From Thermoanaerobaculia bacterium (GTDB taxonomy: Bacteria; Acidobacteriota; Thermoanaerobaculia; Multivoradales; Multivoraceae), in NCBI GenBank assembly GCA_963664405.1, contig OY761158.1:5216001-5280000 (forward strand): a stretch of DNA of 64,000 nucleotides. The letters run 5' to 3'. Below the pieces are notes generated by a model. The model did not search any database. It was not told the origin of the DNA and saw nothing but the letters and a program-made list of their open reading frames with translations. The position numbers and the translations under genes are program-made. Numbering within the stretch: position 1 is the first letter of the stretch; each line of letters starts with the position of its first letter. Below, piece after piece: positions 48,544 through 57,595 of this stretch.

Positions 48544-50391
48544 GCCGCTCCCGAGCGCGACCACTGTGAAGCGGTCATCTCTGGAGCGATAGGCCCATCT
48601 TCGCCGCTCCTGCAGGAGCTCGACGAAGGACTCTGGGAACAGTGGCCCGTGCTCTTGGCTCTCCACCAGGACATGGGTGATGCCCATTCTCTCGAGGCCG
48701 TCGACGAGCTCCCCTTGCGCGTCCATCGAAAACAGCAGTGCCGAGATCTGGGACGCCTCGAAGAAACTGTCGGCAACGAACTCTCGATGGCAGAAGAACC
48801 CTCGGTTGACGTTGACCATGACCAGCTTCGCCTCGCTCGGCAGCTCAGTGTTGATGAAGTCGAAGACCTCGTCGGTGGCGTAGGCGCGAAGCTCATCGCC
48901 CTGGCTCCACAGCAGCGGGAGGAGCCGCGGAATCTGTTCGAGGTAGGCAAAGCTCGCTTGGACGGTCAGGGCTCCGACGAGGAAAGCGACCCCCGCGGTC
49001 GGCAGACCGGGTCTCGATAGCCGACGAATGAGGTCGTGGGCCGAAACGGCAAAGGCGAGGGCAAGCAGTGGAAGGATCGGGATGAGAAACCTCATCTGCT
49101 GGGAGCTCAGACTCCAGAGCACGAACCAAAGACCTGCTGTCGCCAGCGCTCGGCGGACGATGGCATGGCGACGGGCTCCGACGAGAGCGATGGGGATCAG
49201 AATCACCCACAAGGGATGGAGCCGTCCGTCAAAATGCTCATAGCCTTGCCCACCCTGGAGCATCACCCGGATCGGCAGTAGCAAGTAATCGAGCAGGCTG
49301 CGACCCATCCCTATCGCCTGCTGCCACGCGGCGTGTTGCCGACCCAGCTCAGCGCTCCACTCAGACCCTCCGAAGGTGGAGTAGAGAAGCGGGTAGACCG
49401 GGTTGCCGGTGAACCACCAGGCCTTGATCAGCCAGGGAAGGGAAAAAGCTAAGACTGGAAAGACGAAGAAGGCGGTCGGTCGTAAGAGTGTGGTCGGCCG
49501 GCGACCGCCGAGGAGGCGCGAGACCAGAAAGACGGCCGCGAGGCACGCGCCGCCGAAGAAGCCGCTGATCTTGGTGACCGCGAGGACGCCTGCCGCGACG
49601 CCGGCGGCAAGGAGCCAGGATGTCTCACGCTCGCTGTCATCGAGGGCCCGATGGACGAAGAGAAAACCGGCAAGAAGGAAGACGGCGACGGCGATGTCGA
49701 CATAGGCGAGCCGCATCTCGAACAAGAACACCGGGTTGAGGAAGAGCAGAGCGGATGCGATGACTCCCCATGGAGGTGTGGTGGCGCGGGCGGTGATCAT
49801 GCCAAGCAGGATTGCCAGCAGCGCACCAAAGCCAAAGTGGAGAGCCTTCGCCAGGATGTAGTCCTTGACGGTCATGGCCAGGGCGAAGAGCAGCTCGATG
49901 CCTAGGGGCCAGTTCGAATAGGCGTTGTAGGGAATGTGCCGGAAGCCGCCGTGCTCGAGGTACAAGCGAGGGACAGTCAGGTGGTAAACGTCGGCGTCCC
50001 AGGCAACGATGGGGCGAAGCACCTGCAGGTAGAGTGCACCCATAACGACGACGAGAGTTGTTGTGAGTGCGACGAATAAGAGCTCTGGGCGCGGTTTCTG
50101 AGCAAGAGCGCGCAGGGTCCACTTCTTGTTCTTGCCGGCGATCGTGATGGCTCCGGCAAGGCTGACGACCGCGACCGCTGCAAGCACCGGGGCGGGACGC
50201 AGCAGTTGCACAGATGCCAGCGCGAAAAGGATCGTGATCCAGGCCCCGCTTCCGAGGACAACACGGAGAGCCAAGGTCTCCGCGGCGTTCGCGTCGATTC
50301 TTCGGAAGATACGCTCGAAGGCCGCGCCTGAAGCGAGAAGGAGGGCGATCAGTGTGGCCAGTAGGAGGAGGTAGGACCCCAGGTAGGCCAT
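48529..50391 (-). CDS. GT-C-type (ArnT/PMT-like) integral membrane glycosyltransferase
   Basis: Many TM helices, WDADVYH...P, YVD, K..G, PW...W..TGNPVYP and RF..P. Confidence 0.7.
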   Translation of the reverse strand: MAYLGSYLLLLATLIALLLASGAAFERIFRRIDANAAETLALRVVLGSGAWITILFALASVQLLRPAPVLAAVAVVSLAGAITIAGKNKKWTLRALAQKPRPELLFVALTTTLVVVMGALYLQVLRPIVAWDADVYHLTVPRLYLEHGGFRHIPYNAYSNWPLGIELLFALAMTVKDYILAKALHFGFGALLAILLGMITARATTPPWGVIASALLFLNPVFLFEMRLAYVDIAVAVFLLAGFLFVHRALDDSERETSWLLAAGVAAGVLAVTKISGFFGGACLAAVFLVSRLLGGRRPTTLLRPTAFFVFPVLAFSLPWLIKAWWFTGNPVYPLLYSTFGGSEWSAELGRQHAAWQQAIGMGRSLLDYLLLPIRVMLQGGQGYEHFDGRLHPLWVILIPIALVGARRHAIVRRALATAGLWFVLWSLSSQQMRFLIPILPLLALAFAVSAHDLIRRLSRPGLPTAGVAFLVGALTVQASFAYLEQIPRLLPLLWSQGDELRAYATDEVFDFINTELPSEAKLVMVNVNRGFFCHREFVADSFFEASQISALLFSMDAQGELVDGLERMGITHVLVESQEHGPLFPESFVELLQERRRWAYRSRDDRFTVVALGSGSAPR

Positions 50392-50420
50392 GTTGGCGGC
50401 CGCTAGCGAGCCCTCGCCCG

Positions 50421-51818
50421 CTACCCCTTGTCGACGGCGGAGATCATGTCGTCTACGTTGTAGAACTTCTGGCGGATCTTCTCGTCGCTCTGGCCCCGCG
50501 CGATCTCGATCTCGTTGAGGCGCCGCCAGTCGTCGAAGCTGAACCAGCAAACGCTCTTGGCGTCCAGCTCCTCTCGCACGTCGCTCTCCGCCCGCGCTCC
50601 GGTCTCCGTCGAGGCCAAGCTGGGGATGTCTTCGAGCATATGGGCGACCGTCTCGTTCGAGTCTGCCACATTGGAGCCGATGAGGCCGGTGGGTCCTCTC
50701 TTGGCCCAGCCGACCGCGTATAGGCCCGGCAGGTGTGCGCCGTCTTCGCCGACCAATCGTCCTTCGACATTGGGTAGGGTTCCGCTGCGCTCATCGAAGG
50801 GAAGTCCGGGAACCGGCAGCCCGCGGTAGCCCACCGCGGTGAAGGCCAGGTCTACTTCTTCCACCCACTGCTCGCCTGTACCGCGTGGTCGCGGAGTACC
50901 ATGCTCGTCTTCGAAGAGCTCGTTCTTCTCGAGCCTCACTCGGCCCAGGATGCCCTCATCGGCGAGAAACTCGACCGGTGAGACCAGAAAACGGAAAAGG
51001 AGTCGCCGCTCGCAATCTCTGGGAGTCGCGGCGCTACGCTCTCGAACGTAGTCGACGTTCTTGTGTGCTCCGGCGCTTCCCTCTTCGTCGAGCCAGCTGC
51101 TGCTCAGAGGGTCGAGCGCCGCCTCCTCCGGAGAGATCACCAGCTCCGCCTCCTCCAACTGTCCGATCTCTTTGATCTCCTTGGTGGTGAAAGCGGCCTG
51201 TGCCGGGCCGCGTCGCCCAAGCACGAGAATCTCTTTCACGGTACTGGAGCGGAGAGTCGCGAGCGCGTAATCCGCGATATCCGAGCTCGCGAGGCTGTCC
51301 GCCTTTTTGGCGAGCACGCGAGCAACATCCATCGCTACATTGCCGTTGCCGACTACTGCGACCCGGCGGGTCCTGGCGAGTGGAAACTCGAGCTCGGAGA
51401 AGTCCGGATGACCGTTGTACCAGCCGACAAACTCGGTGGCGGAGTGCACTCCAGGGAGATCCTCTCCGGGGATTCCCATGGTGCGGTGGCTCTCGTTGCC
51501 GATGGCGAGGACCAGCTGGTCGTAGAGGCGGCGTAGGTCATCGATCGAAAGGTCGCGCCCGACCTTGACGTTGCCGAAGAAACGGAAGCTGTCGTGGGAT
51601 GCGACTTTCTCGTATACACGGATGACGTTCTTGATGTTCTGGTGATCCGGAGCGACTCCCCCTCGTACCAGTCCATAGGGTGTCGGCAGGCGGTCGAAGA
51701 GGTCCACCTTTACCGCGTGGTCTTGCTGCTTGAGCAACGCGGCCACCGCATAGAAGCCCGACGGGCCGGAGCCGACAACGGCGATGCGAGTCGTCTTGTG
51801 GTCCTGGAGTGAGCTCAT
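50421..51818 (-). CDS. Ferredoxin-NADP+ reductase (FprA/adrenodoxin reductase-like)
   Basis: GSGPSG, PYGLVR.GVAPDH, GNGNVAMDVAR, GRRGP and GWAKRGP.G.IG. Confidence 0.9.
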   Translation of the reverse strand: MSSLQDHKTTRIAVVGSGPSGFYAVAALLKQQDHAVKVDLFDRLPTPYGLVRGGVAPDHQNIKNVIRVYEKVASHDSFRFFGNVKVGRDLSIDDLRRLYDQLVLAIGNESHRTMGIPGEDLPGVHSATEFVGWYNGHPDFSELEFPLARTRRVAVVGNGNVAMDVARVLAKKADSLASSDIADYALATLRSSTVKEILVLGRRGPAQAAFTTKEIKEIGQLEEAELVISPEEAALDPLSSSWLDEEGSAGAHKNVDYVRERSAATPRDCERRLLFRFLVSPVEFLADEGILGRVRLEKNELFEDEHGTPRPRGTGEQWVEEVDLAFTAVGYRGLPVPGLPFDERSGTLPNVEGRLVGEDGAHLPGLYAVGWAKRGPTGLIGSNVADSNETVAHMLEDIPSLASTETGARAESDVREELDAKSVCWFSFDDWRRLNEIEIARGQSDEKIRQKFYNVDDMISAVDKG

Positions 51819-51918
51819 TTTGACAGGGTCTCAGCTAGGACGGGAGCCCCGAGAGGCCGCCATAATATCGGTCGCTCGGAGATGTTCCAAAAACCGGACG
51901 AGATTGTCGCGTTTGTCT

Positions 51919-52977
51919 TCAAGGTGGGTCGCCAATTCCGACCCTCATGCCCATGCTCACCCTCTCTTCGACGACGAACCCCATCTCTTGGTAGAAAGCC
52001 ACGACGGCTTGGTTGTTGGCCCTCACCTGCAAGCCGACCTTGGGGCAACCGCGCTCCTCGAGTGCCTCGACAGCTCGGCTGAGGAGCCTGCGCGCGATGC
52101 CTTGGCGTTGTCGCCGGGGCTCGACCGCTAGGGAGTAGATCCAGCCGCGATGACCGTCCCAACCGGCGAGTACCGTGCCGACGACACCTTCTCCAGCGTC
52201 GGCTACGAAGAAGAGATCGGGAGAGTCGGCAATCTTCAATCGCACGCTCTGCTCGGGTTGGTGGTACGGAGTCGAGCTGGGAAACATCTCCTGCCAGAGG
52301 TGTTCGACGGCTCGAAAGTCGGTGCTCCTGTAGAGGCGGATCTCGATCTTGTCCTTTCCCGATCTTGCCGAGGCGCTATCGGGGCGAAGCCTCAGGGTGA
52401 GTTTCTCGTAGCCCTCTCGGGTGAGCGCGTAGAAGCGAGTCGCCCTGCTTTCGGCAGGTCGTTCCTCTACGCGGTCCATGCCGAGGCGGTCGAGTAGTCG
52501 TTGTGAGGCTAGGTTGGGCTCATCGGTACCGGCGAGGAGCCTGGTGAAGCCCAGGTGCTGGAAGGCCAGATGTGTAACTGCCTCCACCGCCTCGGTGGCA
52601 AATCCCTCACCCCAGCACTGCGGGTCGAGGCCGTAGTAGATCTGCGGCTCGTCGGCGCCGCGAAAGCAGCGCAGCCCGACGAAGCCGACGATTCTGCTCT
52701 CGCCGCGGCGGCGAACGCACCACGAGCCGTAGCCTGAGGTCGCGAAGCTCTCTTGGCTCCGCTCAACCTCTTCCCCCAACCATGTTTGGGTCACCACCTC
52801 GTCATCGAAGAGGTGACGACGCACCTGCGGGTCGATCCAGATGTCGTGAAGGCGCTCTATGTCGGCGACTGCGAGGGGGTCGAGTCGGAGTCGTCGGCTG
52901 AGGAGTACCCCACCGCAGAGACCGCCGCTGAACGGCAGCCGCGAGGATGCCTGGCCTTCATCCGACCGTGCTGTCAT
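51919..52977 (-). CDS. Tandem GNAT fusion (RimJ/L-like plus YpeA-like acetyltransferase)
   Basis: Domain 1: WG.GFATEA and N.AS.RLL..LGM. Domain 2: GWDGHRGW, RQGI and CPKV.LQVR..N..V..FY. Confidence 0.78.
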   Translation of the reverse strand: MTARSDEGQASSRLPFSGGLCGGVLLSRRLRLDPLAVADIERLHDIWIDPQVRRHLFDDEVVTQTWLGEEVERSQESFATSGYGSWCVRRRGESRIVGFVGLRCFRGADEPQIYYGLDPQCWGEGFATEAVEAVTHLAFQHLGFTRLLAGTDEPNLASQRLLDRLGMDRVEERPAESRATRFYALTREGYEKLTLRLRPDSASARSGKDKIEIRLYRSTDFRAVEHLWQEMFPSSTPYHQPEQSVRLKIADSPDLFFVADAGEGVVGTVLAGWDGHRGWIYSLAVEPRRQRQGIARRLLSRAVEALEERGCPKVGLQVRANNQAVVAFYQEMGFVVEERVSMGMRVGIGDPP

Positions 52978-53212
52978 CCAGCCAGGGAGCTCCAATCGTG
53001 CGCACGGCTTCGAGCACCTCCGCGGGCTCGGCATGACGCCCTGTCTTGTGCTTCGAGTAGACCAGCTGACCGTCTGCCACCACTTCGAAGGCGCCGCTAC
53101 CTCCTTGGATGAGCTCGGTTTCGATGCCGAATTCCTTGTCGAGCGCGGCCGCCAAACTGGTGGCCTGGGGAAGGTAGTTTCAACGGACGCAGTATTCGAT
53201 CGAGATATGCAT
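52958..53212 (-). CDS. SelW/SelT/SelH (Rdx) family selenoprotein (84 aa, Sec at TGA 53180-53182)
   Basis: RBS AAAGGA, then MHISIEYCVR-U-NYLPQATSLAAAL...GGSGAFEV..DG.LVYSK...GRH. CxxU plus the GxFEV motif is diagnostic of Rdx. Confidence 0.9.
53147..53165 (-). promoter_or_regulatory. Putative bacterial SECIS hairpin of the SelW-like gene
   Basis: mRNA GGCCACCA-GUU-UGGCGGCC; loop G lies 23 nt after the UGA. Confidence 0.6.
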
Positions 53213-53282
53213 GCGACAGCTCCTTTGGTCAGTTTCTAGGCCATTATAGGCGGGCTCCACTCGAGCGGGCGCCAGGTCAGGT

Positions 53283-54104
53283 TCAGGACACCAGCCAGTC
53301 TCCGGGGTGCTCCTTGCCTTCATAGAGCTTTCCTTGAAAGCGTCGCATGCCACTGAGCCAGCGGTCGATGTCGGTTCCTTTGCGTTGCACGTACTCGGCG
53401 ACCTCCGGGTGGGGGAGAACCCAGAAGCGCTCTTCTTCGATGGTGTCCATCACACAGTCGGCGACATGCGACGTAGACAACACCCCATCACCGCTTGCGA
53501 CCCCGGGTCTTGCGCCCATACGTTCTCGGCTCGGACTGTTCTTGCCGATATTGGTCGAGACGGCCTGGGGGCAGAGCACAGATACCCGGATCCCCTGATC
53601 ACCGTGGGTGATGGCGATCCATTCGGCAAGCGCGACTGCCGCATGCTTGGTCAGGGAGTATGCGAGAGAGCCCAGCTGGGTCAGCAGCCCTGCGGCCGAG
53701 GCGGTGCTCATGATGTAGCCCTCGCCGCGCTCGATCATCGAAGGCAGTACCGCGCGCGCGGCGTAGACATGGGCCATGACATGAACCTCCCACATCTGCT
53801 GGATCTCCTCGTTGGGCACTTCGAGGCCTCCGAAAGTGGCATAGCCGGCATTGGACATGAAGAGGTCGATCGGCCCGTGCTTACTCTCGGTCTCGGCAAC
53901 GAGATCGCGAATGGCAGCCTCGTCGGAGACGTCCAGGCCGACTCCTGTACCCCCGATTGCGGCGGCCACCTCTTGCGCTCCGGCTTCGTCGCGGTCGACA
54001 ACGACGACGTGGCTCGCGCCCTCCTGGTGAAAGCGTTCTGCGATCCCCTTGCCGATGCCGCTGGCGCCTCCGGTGACGACGGTGACTTTGTTGCTCAAGT
54101 TCAT
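53283..54104 (-). CDS. Short-chain dehydrogenase/reductase
   Basis: TGGASGIG, SNAG and YSLTK (YxxxK). Confidence 0.9.
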   Translation of the reverse strand: MNLSNKVTVVTGGASGIGKGIAERFHQEGASHVVVVDRDEAGAQEVAAAIGGTGVGLDVSDEAAIRDLVAETESKHGPIDLFMSNAGYATFGGLEVPNEEIQQMWEVHVMAHVYAARAVLPSMIERGEGYIMSTASAAGLLTQLGSLAYSLTKHAAVALAEWIAITHGDQGIRVSVLCPQAVSTNIGKNSPSRERMGARPGVASGDGVLSTSHVADCVMDTIEEERFWVLPHPEVAEYVQRKGTDIDRWLSGMRRFQGKLYEGKEHPGDWLVS

Positions 54105-54115
54105 GGTCGGGGAGT

Positions 54116-54553
54116 CTAACTCGGCTGTGTATCGAGTTGACGGATACGTCGGGCGTGACGTCCGCCATCGAAGGGCGTTTCCAGCCACACCCGCACGATC
54201 TCTTTCGCCTCGTCCTCGTCGATGAGCCGTTCGCCCAGCGAGAGCACATTGGCGTCGTTGTGGGCTCTCGCAAGCTGAGCGGTTTCAACGCTCCAGCACA
54301 AGCTACAGCGCGCCCCGCGGATGCGGTTTGCCGCCATCGCTTCGCCGTTCCCCGAGCCGCCGAGAACGATGCCGCGCTCGAAGTCACCGTTGGCGACCGC
54401 CTTGGCGACCGGCATGATGAAGATGGGGTAGTCGGCCGCCTCGGTCGAGAAGGTGCCGAAGTCTTTGACCTCGTGACCCTCCTGGGCGAGGAGCTCTCGC
54501 AGCATTTCCTTGTACTGGAAACCGGCGTGGTCGGAGCCGATGGCTATGCGCAT
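54116..54553 (-). CDS. rpiB: Ribose 5-phosphate isomerase B
   Basis: IGSDHAG, DYP, GGSGNGE, AR.HNDAN and FDGGRH..R. Confidence 0.93.
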   Translation of the reverse strand: MRIAIGSDHAGFQYKEMLRELLAQEGHEVKDFGTFSTEAADYPIFIMPVAKAVANGDFERGIVLGGSGNGEAMAANRIRGARCSLCWSVETAQLARAHNDANVLSLGERLIDEDEAKEIVRVWLETPFDGGRHARRIRQLDTQPS

Positions 54554-54570
54554 CCTGGTGTCAGGGCTGA

Positions 54571-55446
54571 CTAGTAGACGACCGTATCGGCGGGCTCGGA
54601 GATGATCCGACTCTCGAGCTCTCCCAGCTTGTCGATGGCGATCTTGACGTGGTCTCCATCAACGAGCCAGGCAGGCGGAGTCATCGCCGCAGCGACTCCG
54701 CTCGGTGTGCCGGTTGAAATTACATCACCGGGCTCGAGGGTGAAGGCGGTCGAAAGATGCTCGATGAGGGTGTAGCTGTCGAAGATGAGCTCGCGCGTAT
54801 TGGAGCTCTGACGCAGCTCGCCGTTGACCCAGGTCTTGAGGTCGAGGTCGTGGGGGTCGCCGACTTCGTCTCCGGTGACGATGTACGGGCCCAGGGGGCA
54901 GTGTGTATCCCAGGATTTGCCCATGGTGAAGGTGGGGACCCTCCGCTGCCAGTCGCGCACGCTTACATCGTTGACGATCGTGAAGCCGGCGATCACGCCG
55001 CCGGCCTGCTCTCGCGGCACGTGGCGGCAGCGTTTGCCGATGACGATTCCGAGCTCGCCCTCGTAGTCGAGCTGGTCAGAGGCACGGGGTAGGTGGACTT
55101 CGCCGCCGGGGTCGCTCACCGAAGTCGACTGCTTGTTGAAGATCATCGGCAGGGCCGGCTTGTCTCTCCCTGTTTCGGCAATGTGGTCGGCGTAGTTGAG
55201 GCCGACGGCAAGGATCTTCGGTGGCCGGAGGATCGGCGCTTTGATCTGGGCCTCGCTCACGGCGATTCGGCCCTGCCCTGAGTCCGCGGCTGTTCGAGCC
55301 GCGTTAAGAGCGTCGGCGCCCAGCTCGAGAAAGGCGCACATCTCGTGAGGCAGCGACGGCGCCGCGGCCCCGAGGTCGACGACTTCGTCTCCATCGACGA
55401 TGCCGATGCGGGTTGATCCCTGGTGGCTGAAAGTCGCCAGCTTCAT
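54571..55446 (-). CDS. Fumarylacetoacetate hydrolase family protein
   Basis: GLNY..H, DYEGEL, NDVS.RD, GKS.DT and GDVISTGTPSGV. Confidence 0.9.
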   Translation of the reverse strand: MKLATFSHQGSTRIGIVDGDEVVDLGAAAPSLPHEMCAFLELGADALNAARTAADSGQGRIAVSEAQIKAPILRPPKILAVGLNYADHIAETGRDKPALPMIFNKQSTSVSDPGGEVHLPRASDQLDYEGELGIVIGKRCRHVPREQAGGVIAGFTIVNDVSVRDWQRRVPTFTMGKSWDTHCPLGPYIVTGDEVGDPHDLDLKTWVNGELRQSSNTRELIFDSYTLIEHLSTAFTLEPGDVISTGTPSGVAAAMTPPAWLVDGDHVKIAIDKLGELESRIISEPADTVVY

Positions 55447-55467
55447 TGCGTCCTCCCGGTCGGTCCT

Positions 55468-56358
55468 TTAGTAGAGATCGAAGAGAGAGCCGAGTACGTC
55501 GCCGAGAGTGAAGAGACTCCCACTGCCGCGCCGCGCGCCCAGAAGGTCGGGCTCGAAAGGCTCGAAGTCTCGCTGCAGGCGTTGCTGTCGTTCGCGGTCT
55601 CTCTCTTCTTCACGGTCGAATTTTCGAGCCTGTACCGCGCCGCCCGCTCGGATCCAGTGCAAGATTCTGCCGAGCTCGTGTGCGTCGAACCACAGACCGT
55701 GTTGGCGGCACGAGTCGATGATGACGCCACTCTTTCGGCCGTAGTTTGCACGGTTCATCAAAGTACCGCATTCCGGGCACTTGCGATAGACCGCTGAACC
55801 CTGGCTCGGAGCCGAAGATCCTGCTGGCCGCGGCCTGCCGGCCTCAGTCGGCCCTGCGCCGTCCTCCGGTGCCGCGACCTGAGCTCGCCGACGCAGTGCC
55901 TCGAAGCTCTCCCGGCCGAGCCAGAGCCCCGCGCAATGGGAGCACTCGAGCACGGAGATCGCCGGCTCGCCCAAGCTCCGCGAGTGCAGAACGTGCTCTT
56001 CTTGACAGGTTGGACAGGGGACTTCGCTGGCATCCCCCGCACTCCCGGCGGGCAGGATCGAGACCCCGCAATGGTGGCAGTGGCGCGCGCGATCGCTGAT
56101 TCGCGTCATGCACTTCGGGCAGATGGTGTGAAGATCCTGCTCGTGCAAGGTGAAGTCCGCCTTGCAGAATTGGCAGGCCTGGCTGCCGCCCTGTCTCGCC
56201 GCGCCGCAAGAGGAACAACGTACTACCGCAGCCTCGTGGGGGACGACCGCGGGAGTCTCGAGTACACGGCCACAGGCGCAGCGGAAGAGGTCGCCCGCCC
56301 GCAGGGGTCCGGCATCGAATTGCCTTTGGCAGTCGGGGCAGGAAACCAGAAGGTGCAT
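55468..56358 (-). CDS. Multi-zinc-ribbon protein (double zinc ribbon plus zf-TFIIB-like domains)
   Basis: About ten CxxC/CxC/CxxH knuckles, with two C..C/H.GLW motifs. Confidence 0.75.
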   Translation of the reverse strand: MHLLVSCPDCQRQFDAGPLRAGDLFRCACGRVLETPAVVPHEAAVVRCSSCGAARQGGSQACQFCKADFTLHEQDLHTICPKCMTRISDRARHCHHCGVSILPAGSAGDASEVPCPTCQEEHVLHSRSLGEPAISVLECSHCAGLWLGRESFEALRRRAQVAAPEDGAGPTEAGRPRPAGSSAPSQGSAVYRKCPECGTLMNRANYGRKSGVIIDSCRQHGLWFDAHELGRILHWIRAGGAVQARKFDREEERDRERQQRLQRDFEPFEPDLLGARRGSGSLFTLGDVLGSLFDLY

Positions 56359-56388
56359 GAGGTGAGGATGGCTAATTCCGCGGCGGCG

Positions 56389-56976
56389 TCAACGGGTCGA
56401 CCCGAGCTCGTCCAGGGTGAGTTTGAAGCTGGGAACGAAAGTCTCCAGGAAGTAGCCGACCTCGGGCAATGCGACCGCTTCTACTGTGCGGCGTAGTGTC
56501 TTCTCAGCCTCGGAGAATTCGCGATTGCCTGCGGTGCTCTCTTCGAGACACTTCATGTAGGCGCACAGTTTGTCGGCGGCCTTCACGATATCGAGGCTGT
56601 CTCGATCGTCTGCGGTGGCGAGGAGGATGTCGCGATAGTCCTCGACCAGTGCTTCAGGCACCATGTCGAGCAGAGTCGCGGCGGCTCGTGCCTCGATTTC
56701 TTTGTAGGCGTCTTTGATCTCCGGGTTGAAGTATTTGATCGGTGACGGCAGGTCTCCAGTCAAGACTTCGCTGGCATCGTGATAGAGCGCGAGCACCGCG
56801 ACTCGGTGAGCGTCGACGCTGCCATCAAAGAGGCGATTTCGGATCAGAGCCAGGGCATGTGCGACCTGAGCGACACGTAGGCTGTGCTCTTGTACGTTCT
56901 CGGGATAGGTGTTGCGCATCAACCCCCAGCGGCGGATGAACTTCATGCGTGAGAAGTAAGCGAAGAGGTGACTCAT
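56389..56976 (-). CDS. yfbR: 5'-deoxynucleotidase, HD family
   Basis: MSHLFAY..RMK.I.RW.LMRN...ENV.EHS, YHD..E..TGDLP.PIKY and KAADK. Confidence 0.92.
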   Translation of the reverse strand: MSHLFAYFSRMKFIRRWGLMRNTYPENVQEHSLRVAQVAHALALIRNRLFDGSVDAHRVAVLALYHDASEVLTGDLPSPIKYFNPEIKDAYKEIEARAAATLLDMVPEALVEDYRDILLATADDRDSLDIVKAADKLCAYMKCLEESTAGNREFSEAEKTLRRTVEAVALPEVGYFLETFVPSFKLTLDELGSTR

Positions 56977-57515
56977 TGCGATGCTCCGAGACTGGGTCTT
57001 CTGAGCTCGAAGACGTCGCGTGCGTCCGCTGGCTCGTTGCGCCGCACGAAGCCGCACTCTTCGAGGACGCGGAGCTCGAGCCCGGATTGAGGGGGCGAGT
57101 AGGCGAGCACGGTGCCAACGCGCTCCTGCATGAAAGCCCAGCTCAGCAGACCTCGCACCGCATCTCGGGCATAGTCCTCGCGCTCGTAGCTTGGCATCAG
57201 GCTGTAGGTCAGCTCGACGCCTCCGTGCTCGGTGGGCTTGCCCTTGAATCCACCTCTGCCGATAGCGATCCGTCCACTCGCCAGCGGGAGGAGGAAGTAC
57301 CAAGTGGTCCATCCGGTCGTGGAAGGGTCCTCCTCCAACAGCTGGAGCTGCGCACGCTGCTCGCCTTCTTCGAAGGGGCGCGGCGGCCAGAAGGGCAATC
57401 GGGCTCCAAGAAGCTCAGCTAGCCGGTCGAGGTCTTCTATCTCGGCGCGCGCCATCTCTGCCGTCGCTGCCACGAGCCCCAGACGCGGGGTTTCGAGACG
57501 TAGGGCGTTGGTCAA
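56973..57515 (-). CDS. GNAT acetyltransferase
   Basis: LET.RL.L, IG..GFKGKP...G.VE..Y and RVLE.CGF. Confidence 0.75.
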   Translation of the reverse strand: MTNALRLETPRLGLVAATAEMARAEIEDLDRLAELLGARLPFWPPRPFEEGEQRAQLQLLEEDPSTTGWTTWYFLLPLASGRIAIGRGGFKGKPTEHGGVELTYSLMPSYEREDYARDAVRGLLSWAFMQERVGTVLAYSPPQSGLELRVLEECGFVRRNEPADARDVFELRRPSLGASQ

Positions 57516-57595
57516 AGAGAGATTCCTCGAGACTAGATGGCGGTGCAGCAGTCTATCTTCCCACGGTCAACTAGAATGGGCTCGGAGGTCGATGA

